A DNA stretch of 49,077 nt from Elusimicrobiota bacterium (GTDB lineage: Bacteria; Elusimicrobiota; Elusimicrobia; Elusimicrobiales; UBA9959): positions 1-49,077 of the forward strand of contig JAPLKJ010000270.1 in the NCBI GenBank assembly GCA_026388125.1. Reading direction: 5' to 3'. This document shows, one piece after another, positions 28,012 through 35,758 of the stretch. The notes beneath the pieces were generated by a model. It saw only the letters and a list, made by a program, of their open reading frames with translations, had not been told where the DNA came from and searched no databases. A program made the position numbers and the translations under genes. The stretch's first letter is position 1. The number at the start of each line of letters is the position of its first letter.

Positions 28012-29829
28012 CTAGTTGTTCTTATTGGTGTCGTTCATTTTGGTTATGGCGGGCAGCATGCGCTGCACAGCGGCCACCATCAGGTCGGGGATGAACACTA
28101 TATCGATGTTCTTGTTGGAGATGGCGGTGAAGTAGTCGGCCGTATCGATCATCGAGTACGGGTTGCCCGTGGTTCCGGTCTTGTACTTCTTTAAGGCCAT
28201 GATCACTTCCCCGGCGTTATCCTTGAGCAGGGTGAAGGGGTCCGAGGTGGAGTTGGTGAAGTCGGTGGTGGCCCTGATATTTCCGCCGTTGCCTATCACA
28301 TAACTCTCCATGGCATACCAAAGGTCGAGGGTGCCGGCGCCTATAGCCTGGTTGCTGCCGCCGATGCGGTACCTGTCGGCATTGTAATTCCAGAGCTGGC
28401 TGCTGTTCGCGTCATCGGAACTGTAGCTGTAGGAAGTGTCGGCTCCGGAAACCCGCTGCGCCCAGACCACGGCGCCGGCAGCGGCGCCAACGCCGTCGAG
28501 TGTGGGGATAAAGTTTTCATCCGTGTATACCAGCCCGCCGAGGGTGCCAGTATTGGCTACTTCCAGTTTTGAGATCTTATCAAGTCCCTGCGCGGCCGTA
28601 ATACCCGAGGCGTTCTTAAGAACGCCGGTTATTATTATGCCGTCGTCAGTGGTAGCGTTGCCGCCGCTGTAGCCGAGCAGCTTCAGCGGATTGTTCTCCA
28701 TATTGTCGGTAGCCGCGTCATACTTGGCCCCGGTGGCGATAAAGAAGATATCGGGCAAGCCGGCCACTTCCGTCTTATTGGCCATTATCGTCGACATATA
28801 GGTGGGCTTCACTTCGTTGCCGTTGAAGAAACCGGGCCATTCCTCTATGCGCTGCGGCAGGTCCTTATTGAAGCCGACATTCAGCTGCATCAGGTCCAGC
28901 CGGTCGGTGACATGGCCGCCGTTATAGGCGAAGCCGTGCGCCGCCGCCACCGCGTTGGTGTAGGTATAATTGGCGTAGTCCGGGCGCTTCACGATGTTGA
29001 AGAACTGGATGGTGCTGGCATCCGGGCGCAGCATGCGCTGGTCCACGCGCACCAGGTTGCCGTGCACGTCGTTGAGCGTGCGGCCGGCTTCCAGGTCGGA
29101 TTCCTTCACCACGTTCAGGAAGCTTTTCACCGTATCTTCGGCGCCGTTGGTCACCTTGGCGAATTCCTTTATCTCCGACCTGTCGGCCTCTTTCTGCTGC
29201 AGGCCCTTCTCGCTTTCTTCCTTCGTTATGCCGGGGTTCCAGTTAGAAAGAGCGGCCCATTCGGTCATTTTGGTGGACAGGGCCTGTACGGCCTTTTTGC
29301 CGTCAGAGGTCAGGGTCTGGCCCTGGAGGATGTTCATTGCCTCCTTGCCCTGCTCCAGCGGAACGGTAAATTTAAGTTTCACTTCGCCGAAGAGCACCTG
29401 TATGTTCATCTTGCCGTCTTCGGTGGCGTCCATGGTGAATTCGGTGCCGCGCACGGCGCAGACCGCGGCCGGGGTGCGCACTTCGAATTTTTCCTTGCGC
29501 ATAAGGTGCGGCACGCGTATCTTTACCTTGCCGAACACCAGCGCCAGGCGCGAGACCAGCGTCTGGCGCTGCTCCACCTCTATACTGGAATTTTCTTTAA
29601 GCCAGACCTTGGTCTTATTGGGCATCAGCAGCACTACCGTGCCGCCGGCGCCGGTGCGCAGGGCGCCGCCTTCTGGGATCTGCACGTTTTCCGAAGCGGA
29701 AGTCCACTGGCCGTCGCGGCCCTGGCGCACTTCCACGTTCCCGCTGAGGGAAAGTATCTTGGCCTCTTCGGCCCCCGCCGCGAGCGGCAGCAGCACAAAA
29801 AGGAATAAAGAGATGATTTGTTTTCTCAT
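28012..29829 (-). CDS. Secreted FecR-domain protein with a large uncharacterised C-terminal region
   Basis: Signal peptide, then a FecR-like N-terminal domain (LSGNVEVRQGRDGQWTSASENVQIPEGGALRTGAGGTVVLLMPNKTKVWLKENSSIEVE). The remaining ~430 aa are unassigned. Confidence 0.6.
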   Translation of the reverse strand: MRKQIISLFLFVLLPLAAGAEEAKILSLSGNVEVRQGRDGQWTSASENVQIPEGGALRTGAGGTVVLLMPNKTKVWLKENSSIEVEQRQTLVSRLALVFGKVKIRVPHLMRKEKFEVRTPAAVCAVRGTEFTMDATEDGKMNIQVLFGEVKLKFTVPLEQGKEAMNILQGQTLTSDGKKAVQALSTKMTEWAALSNWNPGITKEESEKGLQQKEADRSEIKEFAKVTNGAEDTVKSFLNVVKESDLEAGRTLNDVHGNLVRVDQRMLRPDASTIQFFNIVKRPDYANYTYTNAVAAAHGFAYNGGHVTDRLDLMQLNVGFNKDLPQRIEEWPGFFNGNEVKPTYMSTIMANKTEVAGLPDIFFIATGAKYDAATDNMENNPLKLLGYSGGNATTDDGIIITGVLKNASGITAAQGLDKISKLEVANTGTLGGLVYTDENFIPTLDGVGAAAGAVVWAQRVSGADTSYSYSSDDANSSQLWNYNADRYRIGGSNQAIGAGTLDLWYAMESYVIGNGGNIRATTDFTNSTSDPFTLLKDNAGEVIMALKKYKTGTTGNPYSMIDTADYFTAISNKNIDIVFIPDLMVAAVQRMLPAITKMNDTNKNN

Positions 29830-30034
29830 ACCGCAAGTTTAATAGAAAATCAGCCTTGTGTCAACATCATTTTTTTGGGATAATGAAAAGCGCGGCCGCG
29901 TGTTTTTCCCTATGAAAAACGCCGTAGAGTAACTGCGGGCAAGTGTGATTTTGGTCACTTCAGCCCCCGCAGGGCAGCAGTGTCCGCCCCGGGGCCGTTG
30001 GGCGGCTGGGGAATAGCAGGCAGGGAGATAAAAA

Positions 30035-31381
30035 ATGAAACAGGTAACTTTAGTCATACTGGCGGCGATACTGGCCGGCTGCGCCACCGGGATAAAAAGG
30101 CCCGCGGCGCCCGCCATTACAGTTCCGGCTCCCGCGGCCATGTGCCCCACCGCCACTGTCTGCCCCCCCGCGGCCTTCTGTCCCCCCTGCCCCGCGGTAG
30201 CCGTAGCCACCGCGGCCCCCGCGGTAGCCATTTCCTCCAAGGCCCCCGAAGCCGCGCCCATGGCGCTGGCCGCCGCGGGGCTGCCCATGTTCATAGACGG
30301 CGACGACCGCAAAACCCTGCTGAAAGCGGCCGAGCTCAACCGCCGGTACTTCCAGGGCCTGAAAACCGGAACGCCGGATTATACCTTCGGCTCGCGCAGA
30401 ATAACCGCCGCCGACCTGGCCGCCGCCAATGAAGAATTCACCAAACTGCTGGAGTCTTCCGCCGAACCGCTGGAACTCGACCGCCTTATTAAGGAAAGGT
30501 TCGATATCTACCAGATGTCCGGCCGCGATTCTACCGGCACCGTGATCTTCAGCTCCTATTACGAACCCACGCTGGAGGCCAGCCTTAAATACACGGACGA
30601 GTACAAATACCCCATTTACGCCAGGCCGGACGACCTGATCTCGGTGAACCTTGAGGATTTTAACGAGAAGTTCAGGGGCGAGAAGCTGACCGGCCGCATA
30701 AAGAACGGGCAGCTGGTGCCTTATATGACGCGCGAGGAAATTGATTTCGACGGGGCGCTGGAAGGCAAGGGCCTGGAGCTGGCCTGGTTCAGGAACCGCG
30801 CCGACATACTGGACCTGCATACCGAGGGCTCGGGCCGCCTGGCCCTGCCCGACGGCCGGGTGATAAAGGCGAATTTCGCCTCCACCAACAGCCATAAGTT
30901 CAAAGGCTGGCTGACGGCCATGATAGAGGTGGGCGCGCTGCCGCGGGAAGGCATAAGCCATGAAAAGGGCCTGGAATACCTGAACAAACATCCCGACAAG
31001 GCCAGGTCCATACTGAGCATGAACAAGCGCTACGTGTTCTTCAAGCTGGACGAGCCGGCCGACCCCGAAGAGGGGCCTACCGGCACCTACGGCCTGCCGC
31101 TCACCGGCTGGCGCTCCATAGCCATGGACAATTCGCTGGTGCCGATGGGCGCTATAGCCTATATGCATACCACCATGCCCGACGTGGACGCCGAGGGCAA
31201 CCTGCTGGGCAGGAAGGAAGACGGCCGCTTCGTGTTCTGCCAGGACACCGGCGGCGCCATAAAAGGCCCGGGCCGGGTGGACTTCTTCGCCGGCAACGGC
31301 AAAAAGTCGCGCACCTTCGCTTTCAAGCTCTGGGACCCCGGCCAGCTGTACCTGCTGGTACTTAAAGAGAAAAAGTCCTGA
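30035..31381 (+). CDS. mltA: Membrane-bound lytic murein transglycosylase A (MltA) lipoprotein
   Basis: Lipobox LAGC, a Pro/Ala-rich linker, the MltA domain and a 3D domain (FCQDTGGAIKGPGRVDFFAG). Confidence 0.8.
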   Translation: MKQVTLVILAAILAGCATGIKRPAAPAITVPAPAAMCPTATVCPPAAFCPPCPAVAVATAAPAVAISSKAPEAAPMALAAAGLPMFIDGDDRKTLLKAAELNRRYFQGLKTGTPDYTFGSRRITAADLAAANEEFTKLLESSAEPLELDRLIKERFDIYQMSGRDSTGTVIFSSYYEPTLEASLKYTDEYKYPIYARPDDLISVNLEDFNEKFRGEKLTGRIKNGQLVPYMTREEIDFDGALEGKGLELAWFRNRADILDLHTEGSGRLALPDGRVIKANFASTNSHKFKGWLTAMIEVGALPREGISHEKGLEYLNKHPDKARSILSMNKRYVFFKLDEPADPEEGPTGTYGLPLTGWRSIAMDNSLVPMGAIAYMHTTMPDVDAEGNLLGRKEDGRFVFCQDTGGAIKGPGRVDFFAGNGKKSRTFAFKLWDPGQLYLLVLKEKKS

Positions 31382-32580
31382 TGAAAAAAACTTTCTTTAT
31401 TTCCATGGCCCTTTTCCCGCTCTTTACCACGGCACATGCCGCCGGGCTGACGCTGACGGGGCTGGACGTGCTGGAACGGGACGGGTTCAAACAGCTCGCC
31501 GGCCGGCGCGTGGGCCTGATAACCAACCATACCTCCGTGGACCTCAACGGCGTGAACGCCGTTGACGCTTTTTACAAGGCCGGGCTGCTGGCCGCCATCT
31601 TCAGCCCGGAACACGGGTTCCGGGGCACCGAGGAAGGCGGCGCATACATAGAAAGTTCCACCGATCCCGTTACCGGCGCGCCGGTATACAGCCTTTACGG
31701 CAGGAACAAGCAGCGGCCCACGCCCGAAATGCTGGCCGGCCTGGACATACTGGTTTTCGACATACAGGACATAGGCGCGCGCTTCTACACCTACCTTACC
31801 ACCATGGGCTACGCCATGGAGGAAGCGGCCAAAGCCGGGCTGCCGTTCATGGTGCTGGACCGCCCCAACCCCATAGGCGGTACGGTGGAGGGCCCGGTGC
31901 TGGAGCCCGGCATCAGCGCTTTCACGGCCTACTTCCCGGTACCCACGCGCCACGGCTTCACCCCCGGCGAAATGGCGCTGTTCCATAAGGCCCGGCTGGG
32001 GCTGAAACTGGACCTGACCGTAGTGAAGCTGGAGAACTGGTCGCGGGACCAGTTCTTCGACCAGACCGGCATAGTCTGGACCAACCCCTCGCCTAATATA
32101 AGGAATGTGGACGCGGAAGTACTGTACCCCGGCCTCGGCTGCTTCGAAGCCTCCAACGTTTCGGTGGGCCGCGGCACCGGCATCCCGTTCCTCTGGTTCG
32201 GCGCGCCCTGGCTGAAGGCCGGGAAAATAGCCAAAGGGCTTTCCAGGGCCGGCCTGAAAGGCGTTAAATTCTCCCCCCTGCGGCTCACCCCGGACAAAGA
32301 CATCTACGAAGGCAAGCCCTGCGAGGGCGTGCGCATAGAAGTTACCGACCGCTCAGCCGTGCGCGCGCTGGATATTTTCATCCAGGCCGCGTACCTGCTG
32401 AAAAAATACAACGGTTCCGACTTCACCCTTAAGCCGGAAGAGATACGGAAAATGACCGGCTCCGGCGCCTTCTACCGCCTGCTGGAAGCCGGCGCCGGGC
32501 CGGCCGCGATCAGCGCGGAATTAGAAAAGAACAACGCCGCTTTCCGCGCGGAAGCCGCCAACTTCCTGCTTTACAAGTAA
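31381..32580 (+). CDS. DUF1343-family protein (NamZ-like exo-beta-N-acetylmuramidase), exported
   Basis: Signal peptide, then GRRVGLITNHTSVD...AIFSPEHGFRG...VFDIQDIGARFYTY...VLDRPNP, typical of DUF1343/YzbB. The start overlaps the mltA stop (TGATG). Confidence 0.75.
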   Translation: MKKTFFISMALFPLFTTAHAAGLTLTGLDVLERDGFKQLAGRRVGLITNHTSVDLNGVNAVDAFYKAGLLAAIFSPEHGFRGTEEGGAYIESSTDPVTGAPVYSLYGRNKQRPTPEMLAGLDILVFDIQDIGARFYTYLTTMGYAMEEAAKAGLPFMVLDRPNPIGGTVEGPVLEPGISAFTAYFPVPTRHGFTPGEMALFHKARLGLKLDLTVVKLENWSRDQFFDQTGIVWTNPSPNIRNVDAEVLYPGLGCFEASNVSVGRGTGIPFLWFGAPWLKAGKIAKGLSRAGLKGVKFSPLRLTPDKDIYEGKPCEGVRIEVTDRSAVRALDIFIQAAYLLKKYNGSDFTLKPEEIRKMTGSGAFYRLLEAGAGPAAISAELEKNNAAFRAEAANFLLYK

Positions 32581-32607
32581 TCACGAATGTGTTAAATTTA
32601 TTTAGCC

Positions 32608-32976
32608 ATGGGCAACAAAATACTGATCGTAGATGACGACCCCGAGATCTCGAGCCTGCTGCAATACTCGCTTGAAGGCCAGGGCCATACCATAAAGATC
32701 TGCGACAACGGCCGCGAAGTCATAGATGTGCTGCGCGCCTACAAGCCGGAGCTGCTTATCCTGGACGTGATGCTGCCCGGCATAGACGGCTACTCGCTGG
32801 CCTCGCAGATCTCGGACGACGGGGACCTGAAGGAGATGCCGATCATCGTGCTGTCGGCCCTCGAGCCCTCCCGGACCATGTTCCAGCGCTTTTCGCAGGT
32901 TTCGGCCTTCCTTACCAAGCCGTTCAATGCGGACGACCTCAGCGAAGCCATAAAGAACGCGCTGGCGAAAAAATAA
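32608..32976 (+). CDS. Single-domain response regulator (receiver)
   Basis: ILIVDDD, LILDVMLPGIDG and LTKPF. Confidence 0.85.
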   Translation: MGNKILIVDDDPEISSLLQYSLEGQGHTIKICDNGREVIDVLRAYKPELLILDVMLPGIDGYSLASQISDDGDLKEMPIIVLSALEPSRTMFQRFSQVSAFLTKPFNADDLSEAIKNALAKK

Positions 32977-32995
32977 ACCCGGTTTTTTGTGATGG

Positions 32996-33020
32996 AAAAC
33001 CCGCTGTCAGCGGGTTTTTT
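32996..33020. terminator. Bidirectional hairpin terminator between convergent genes
   Basis: AAAACCCGC-TGTCA-GCGGGTTTT flanked by A/T runs. It overlaps the stop codon of the minus-strand gene. Confidence 0.7.
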
Positions 33021-34269
33021 CATTTAACGGACAGGCTTCCTGGCAAAGGTCGCAGCCGTAGGCGAACCCGCCGGTCTTAGCGGCCAGGGCGGCCGGCAGC
33101 TTTTCTTTAGCCTGGGTGGTCCAGTAGGAGATGCACAGCCCGGCGTCCAGCGCCCCGCCTTTTAAAGCGCCCGTGGGGCAGGCTTTAACGCAGCGTTCGC
33201 AGCCGGCGCAGCTGTCCGCGGCCGGCGCGTCGGCCGGCAGTTCAAGGTCCAGGGCGATGCCGCCCAAGAAGAACCAGCTGCCCAGTTCCCCGGAAACAAG
33301 CAGCGTGTGCCTGCCCCTGGCCCCGAGCCCGGCCAGGCGCCCCAGTTCCTTTTCCAGCACCGGGGAAGTGTCGCAGAACATCTTCCCCTCCGCGCCGGGG
33401 AATTCTTTTTTTATCCCGGCCAGTGCGGCCGCGAGTTTTTCTTTTACCGTAAGGTGGTAATCCCGGGCCAGCGCGTAACGCGAGAGCTTAGCTCCGGGCG
33501 CGGCCAACAGGTCCGGCTGGTACGCCTTCCTGCCGGTATTTTTCAGATAAACCGCAGGGTCGCCGGCAGCAGCCAGCTCGGCCGCATAGTCCCGGCCCGG
33601 GCCCCAGTAGCTGAAAGCGCAGACCAGCACGGAGCGCGCCGGGGCGAACCAGTTCTTTATGTTCTTTCTTTTGAGGGGTTCCCGGCCCAGATAAGCCAGG
33701 CCGGAGGGAACGGCGCGGAAGAATTCTTTAAGGAACGCTTCGCGGTCCACCGTTCTGCCGGCTATGGACTGCACGCTTACGGCGGTGTCCAGCTTGACAT
33801 CGTTGTTCAGGTTCACGCCCACGCCCAGCAGCAGCCAGCTGGGCGCGCTGTTAACGGAGGCCGATTCGGTTATTACGCCCGAGATCTTAAGCCATTTTTT
33901 ACGGCGCGGGTGGAAAGCGTAAACGTCGTTGGGCTTCTTTATCCGGGTTTTTATGCCGTAAAGGGAAGTTACGGCCTCGGCCACCGCCTCGCCGCTGAGC
34001 ACGCTGAGGTCGGGCAGGAACCTTACGCCGGATTCGGGCCGGAGCAGCAGCGTCATGTACAGCCCGCCGCGGGCGGATTCCCATTCCCGGCCCATGCGGC
34101 CGCGCCCGGCGGTCTGGGTTTCGGCCAGCACCAAAGTTTTTTCGGCGCTGCCCTCCAGGGCCAGCTCCCGGCCCACCGCCTGGGTGGACTCCACCCCGTC
34201 AAGGCAGACTATCTGGCTGATGCCGGGCAGGGATTCGAGCGAAAGATCGGCGCAGGTTGTTTTTTTCAT
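33007..34269 (-). CDS. Chimeric ORF: biotin--protein ligase catalytic domain (BirA-like, aa 1-~190) fused to the epoxyqueuosine reductase QueG core (aa ~200-420)
   Basis: N-terminal half: QTAGRGRMGREW and KKPNDV. C-terminal half: SRYALARDYH, DTSPVLEKELGRLAGLG, GSWFFLG, CAGCERCVKACPTGA, CISYWT and GCDLCQEACP (two 4Fe-4S motifs). Confidence 0.7.
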   Translation of the reverse strand: MKKTTCADLSLESLPGISQIVCLDGVESTQAVGRELALEGSAEKTLVLAETQTAGRGRMGREWESARGGLYMTLLLRPESGVRFLPDLSVLSGEAVAEAVTSLYGIKTRIKKPNDVYAFHPRRKKWLKISGVITESASVNSAPSWLLLGVGVNLNNDVKLDTAVSVQSIAGRTVDREAFLKEFFRAVPSGLAYLGREPLKRKNIKNWFAPARSVLVCAFSYWGPGRDYAAELAAAGDPAVYLKNTGRKAYQPDLLAAPGAKLSRYALARDYHLTVKEKLAAALAGIKKEFPGAEGKMFCDTSPVLEKELGRLAGLGARGRHTLLVSGELGSWFFLGGIALDLELPADAPAADSCAGCERCVKACPTGALKGGALDAGLCISYWTTQAKEKLPAALAAKTGGFAYGCDLCQEACPLNEKTR

Positions 34270-35114
34270 TGTGTTTTTACCTCAAAGGAAATGTCCAGCG
34301 GCCTGGCGCCGCTGGTTATGGAACCCACAGAAATGCGGTCGGGCCCCAGCCGGGAATAGCGCGCGGCCTTCGCCAGGTCCACGCCGCCCGAGATCTCTAT
34401 CTCGGGCTTTTTGCCCTTATAAGCCCTTATCAGGGCGATGGCCGTTTTCATGGCGGCAAAATTCATATTATCCAGCATTATCACATCGGCGCCCAGGGGC
34501 AGGAAAGCCCGCAGCTGCGCGAGGTTCTGCACTTCCAGCTCTATTTTCAGCCCGGGTTTGGCCCGGCGCATGGCGGCAATGCTGGCGGCCAGCTTTACGG
34601 GGCTGCCGCCGGCCAGCGCCACGTGGTTATCCTTTATCATGGCCATATCGTGCAGGCCCAGGCGGTGGTTGCAGGCCCCGCCGCAGGCAGCGGCGTATTT
34701 TTCTATGGCGCGCAGGCCCGGCAGGGTTTTGCGGGTATCGTAAATTTTAGTGCGGGGATGCCGTATAACGGAAGAAAACAGCGCGGCCCGGGTGGCCACG
34801 CCGCTCATATGCTGCAGGAAATTCAAAGCCGTGCGCTCGGCCGTAAGGATGGAGGCCGGGCCCGCTATCTGCATCAGCACGGCGCCTTTCTTAATGCGCG
34901 CGCCGTCATTTACCAGGGTTTTAACCCTGGAACCGGGCGCCGCCAGGTCGAATACCCGCCTGGCCACGGCCAGCCCGCAGACCACGCCGCTGTCCTTGGC
35001 CCGCATTTCCCCGTAGAACCGGGTCCCCAACGGCACGAAGAACCGGGTAGTAACGTCCCCGGGCCCGATATCTTCCCTCAGCGCCGCCTTAATGACAGTG
35101 TCAAATTCGTGCAC
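34266..35114 (-). CDS. nadC: Nicotinate-nucleotide diphosphorylase (carboxylating), quinolinate phosphoribosyltransferase
   Basis: Full-length NadC pattern (ALREDIGPGDVTT, LTAERTALNFLQHMSGVAT, DTRKTLPGLR, MIKDNH, LDNM). GTG start. Confidence 0.9.
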   Translation of the reverse strand: MHEFDTVIKAALREDIGPGDVTTRFFVPLGTRFYGEMRAKDSGVVCGLAVARRVFDLAAPGSRVKTLVNDGARIKKGAVLMQIAGPASILTAERTALNFLQHMSGVATRAALFSSVIRHPRTKIYDTRKTLPGLRAIEKYAAACGGACNHRLGLHDMAMIKDNHVALAGGSPVKLAASIAAMRRAKPGLKIELEVQNLAQLRAFLPLGADVIMLDNMNFAAMKTAIALIRAYKGKKPEIEISGGVDLAKAARYSRLGPDRISVGSITSGARPLDISFEVKTQ

Positions 35115-35175
35115 ATTAGAATTTTACCATTTTCATCCAAGGATTCTTCTATTACTCCAGTTTAAAACGGCAATG

Positions 35176-35478
35176 CTATCTATAGGTTTTTTCGGAACGG
35201 CGGCGGATGGCGAGCAGAATGACACGGCAGGCAGAGTCGTCAATATCGTAAAGGATACGATAATCGCCAACGCGTATCCGGTACTGGGCTACAAAAAACG
35301 AAATATGCACCGGCGGCCGAAGGGCTTTTATCTTTTTTCCCTGCGGGCGCGGGTTATCGGCCAGGGAATCAATAGCTTCTTTTATCCTCAGCTGCGCGGG
35401 CCGTTCCAACCGGGAAAGCTCCTTTTTAAAGCTTTTTTCCACGGCAGCGCTAGGAAAACCGACCTCATAGCCGGGCAT
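35176..35478 (-). CDS. Type II toxin, RelE/ParE superfamily
   Basis: 100 aa: ...IKEAIDSLADNPRPQGKKIKAL...YRIRVGDYRILYDIDD...VILLAIRRRSEKTY. The ATG lies 1 nt after the antitoxin stop. Confidence 0.8.
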   Translation of the reverse strand: MPGYEVGFPSAAVEKSFKKELSRLERPAQLRIKEAIDSLADNPRPQGKKIKALRPPVHISFFVAQYRIRVGDYRILYDIDDSACRVILLAIRRRSEKTYR

Positions 35479-35479
35479 A

Positions 35480-35758
35480 TCACAGGTCCAGTTTCTTCCA
35501 GAGCTTGGAGGCCGGGCGCCAGCCGCCTTTCCCATACGCTTTGCGGCCCTCGGCCACCATGGAGACCAGCTGGGAATCGCGGGCCTCCTCCAGTATTTCA
35601 ACTATCTCCACCATATCTTCGTAAGGCAGCAGGAAGTAGGTGGGCTTGCCGTGTTCGGTGGCTACTACCGGCTTATGGGCCCGCAGCACGCCCGTAAGAT
35701 TGTTCTTAAGCTCCCGCACCCCCATGTGCGTAGCCCGCATCATCTGTGAAATGGTCAT
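35480..35758 (-). CDS. Type II antitoxin, Phd/YefM-like
   Basis: 92 aa: [58 protein letters not shown]... GGAGGA lies 5 nt upstream of the ATG. It sits in the same frame as, and without a stop from, the uvrB ORF. Confidence 0.7.
   Translation of the reverse strand: MTISQMMRATHMGVRELKNNLTGVLRAHKPVVATEHGKPTYFLLPYEDMVEIVEILEEARDSQLVSMVAEGRKAYGKGGWRPASKLWKKLDL

Noticed and set aside
29839-30339. 166-aa minus-strand ORF in and next to the mltA 5' region
   Set aside because: It overlaps the Pro/Ala-rich linker of mltA in antisense. It is an Ala/Gly-rich low-complexity translation with no SD or motif support.
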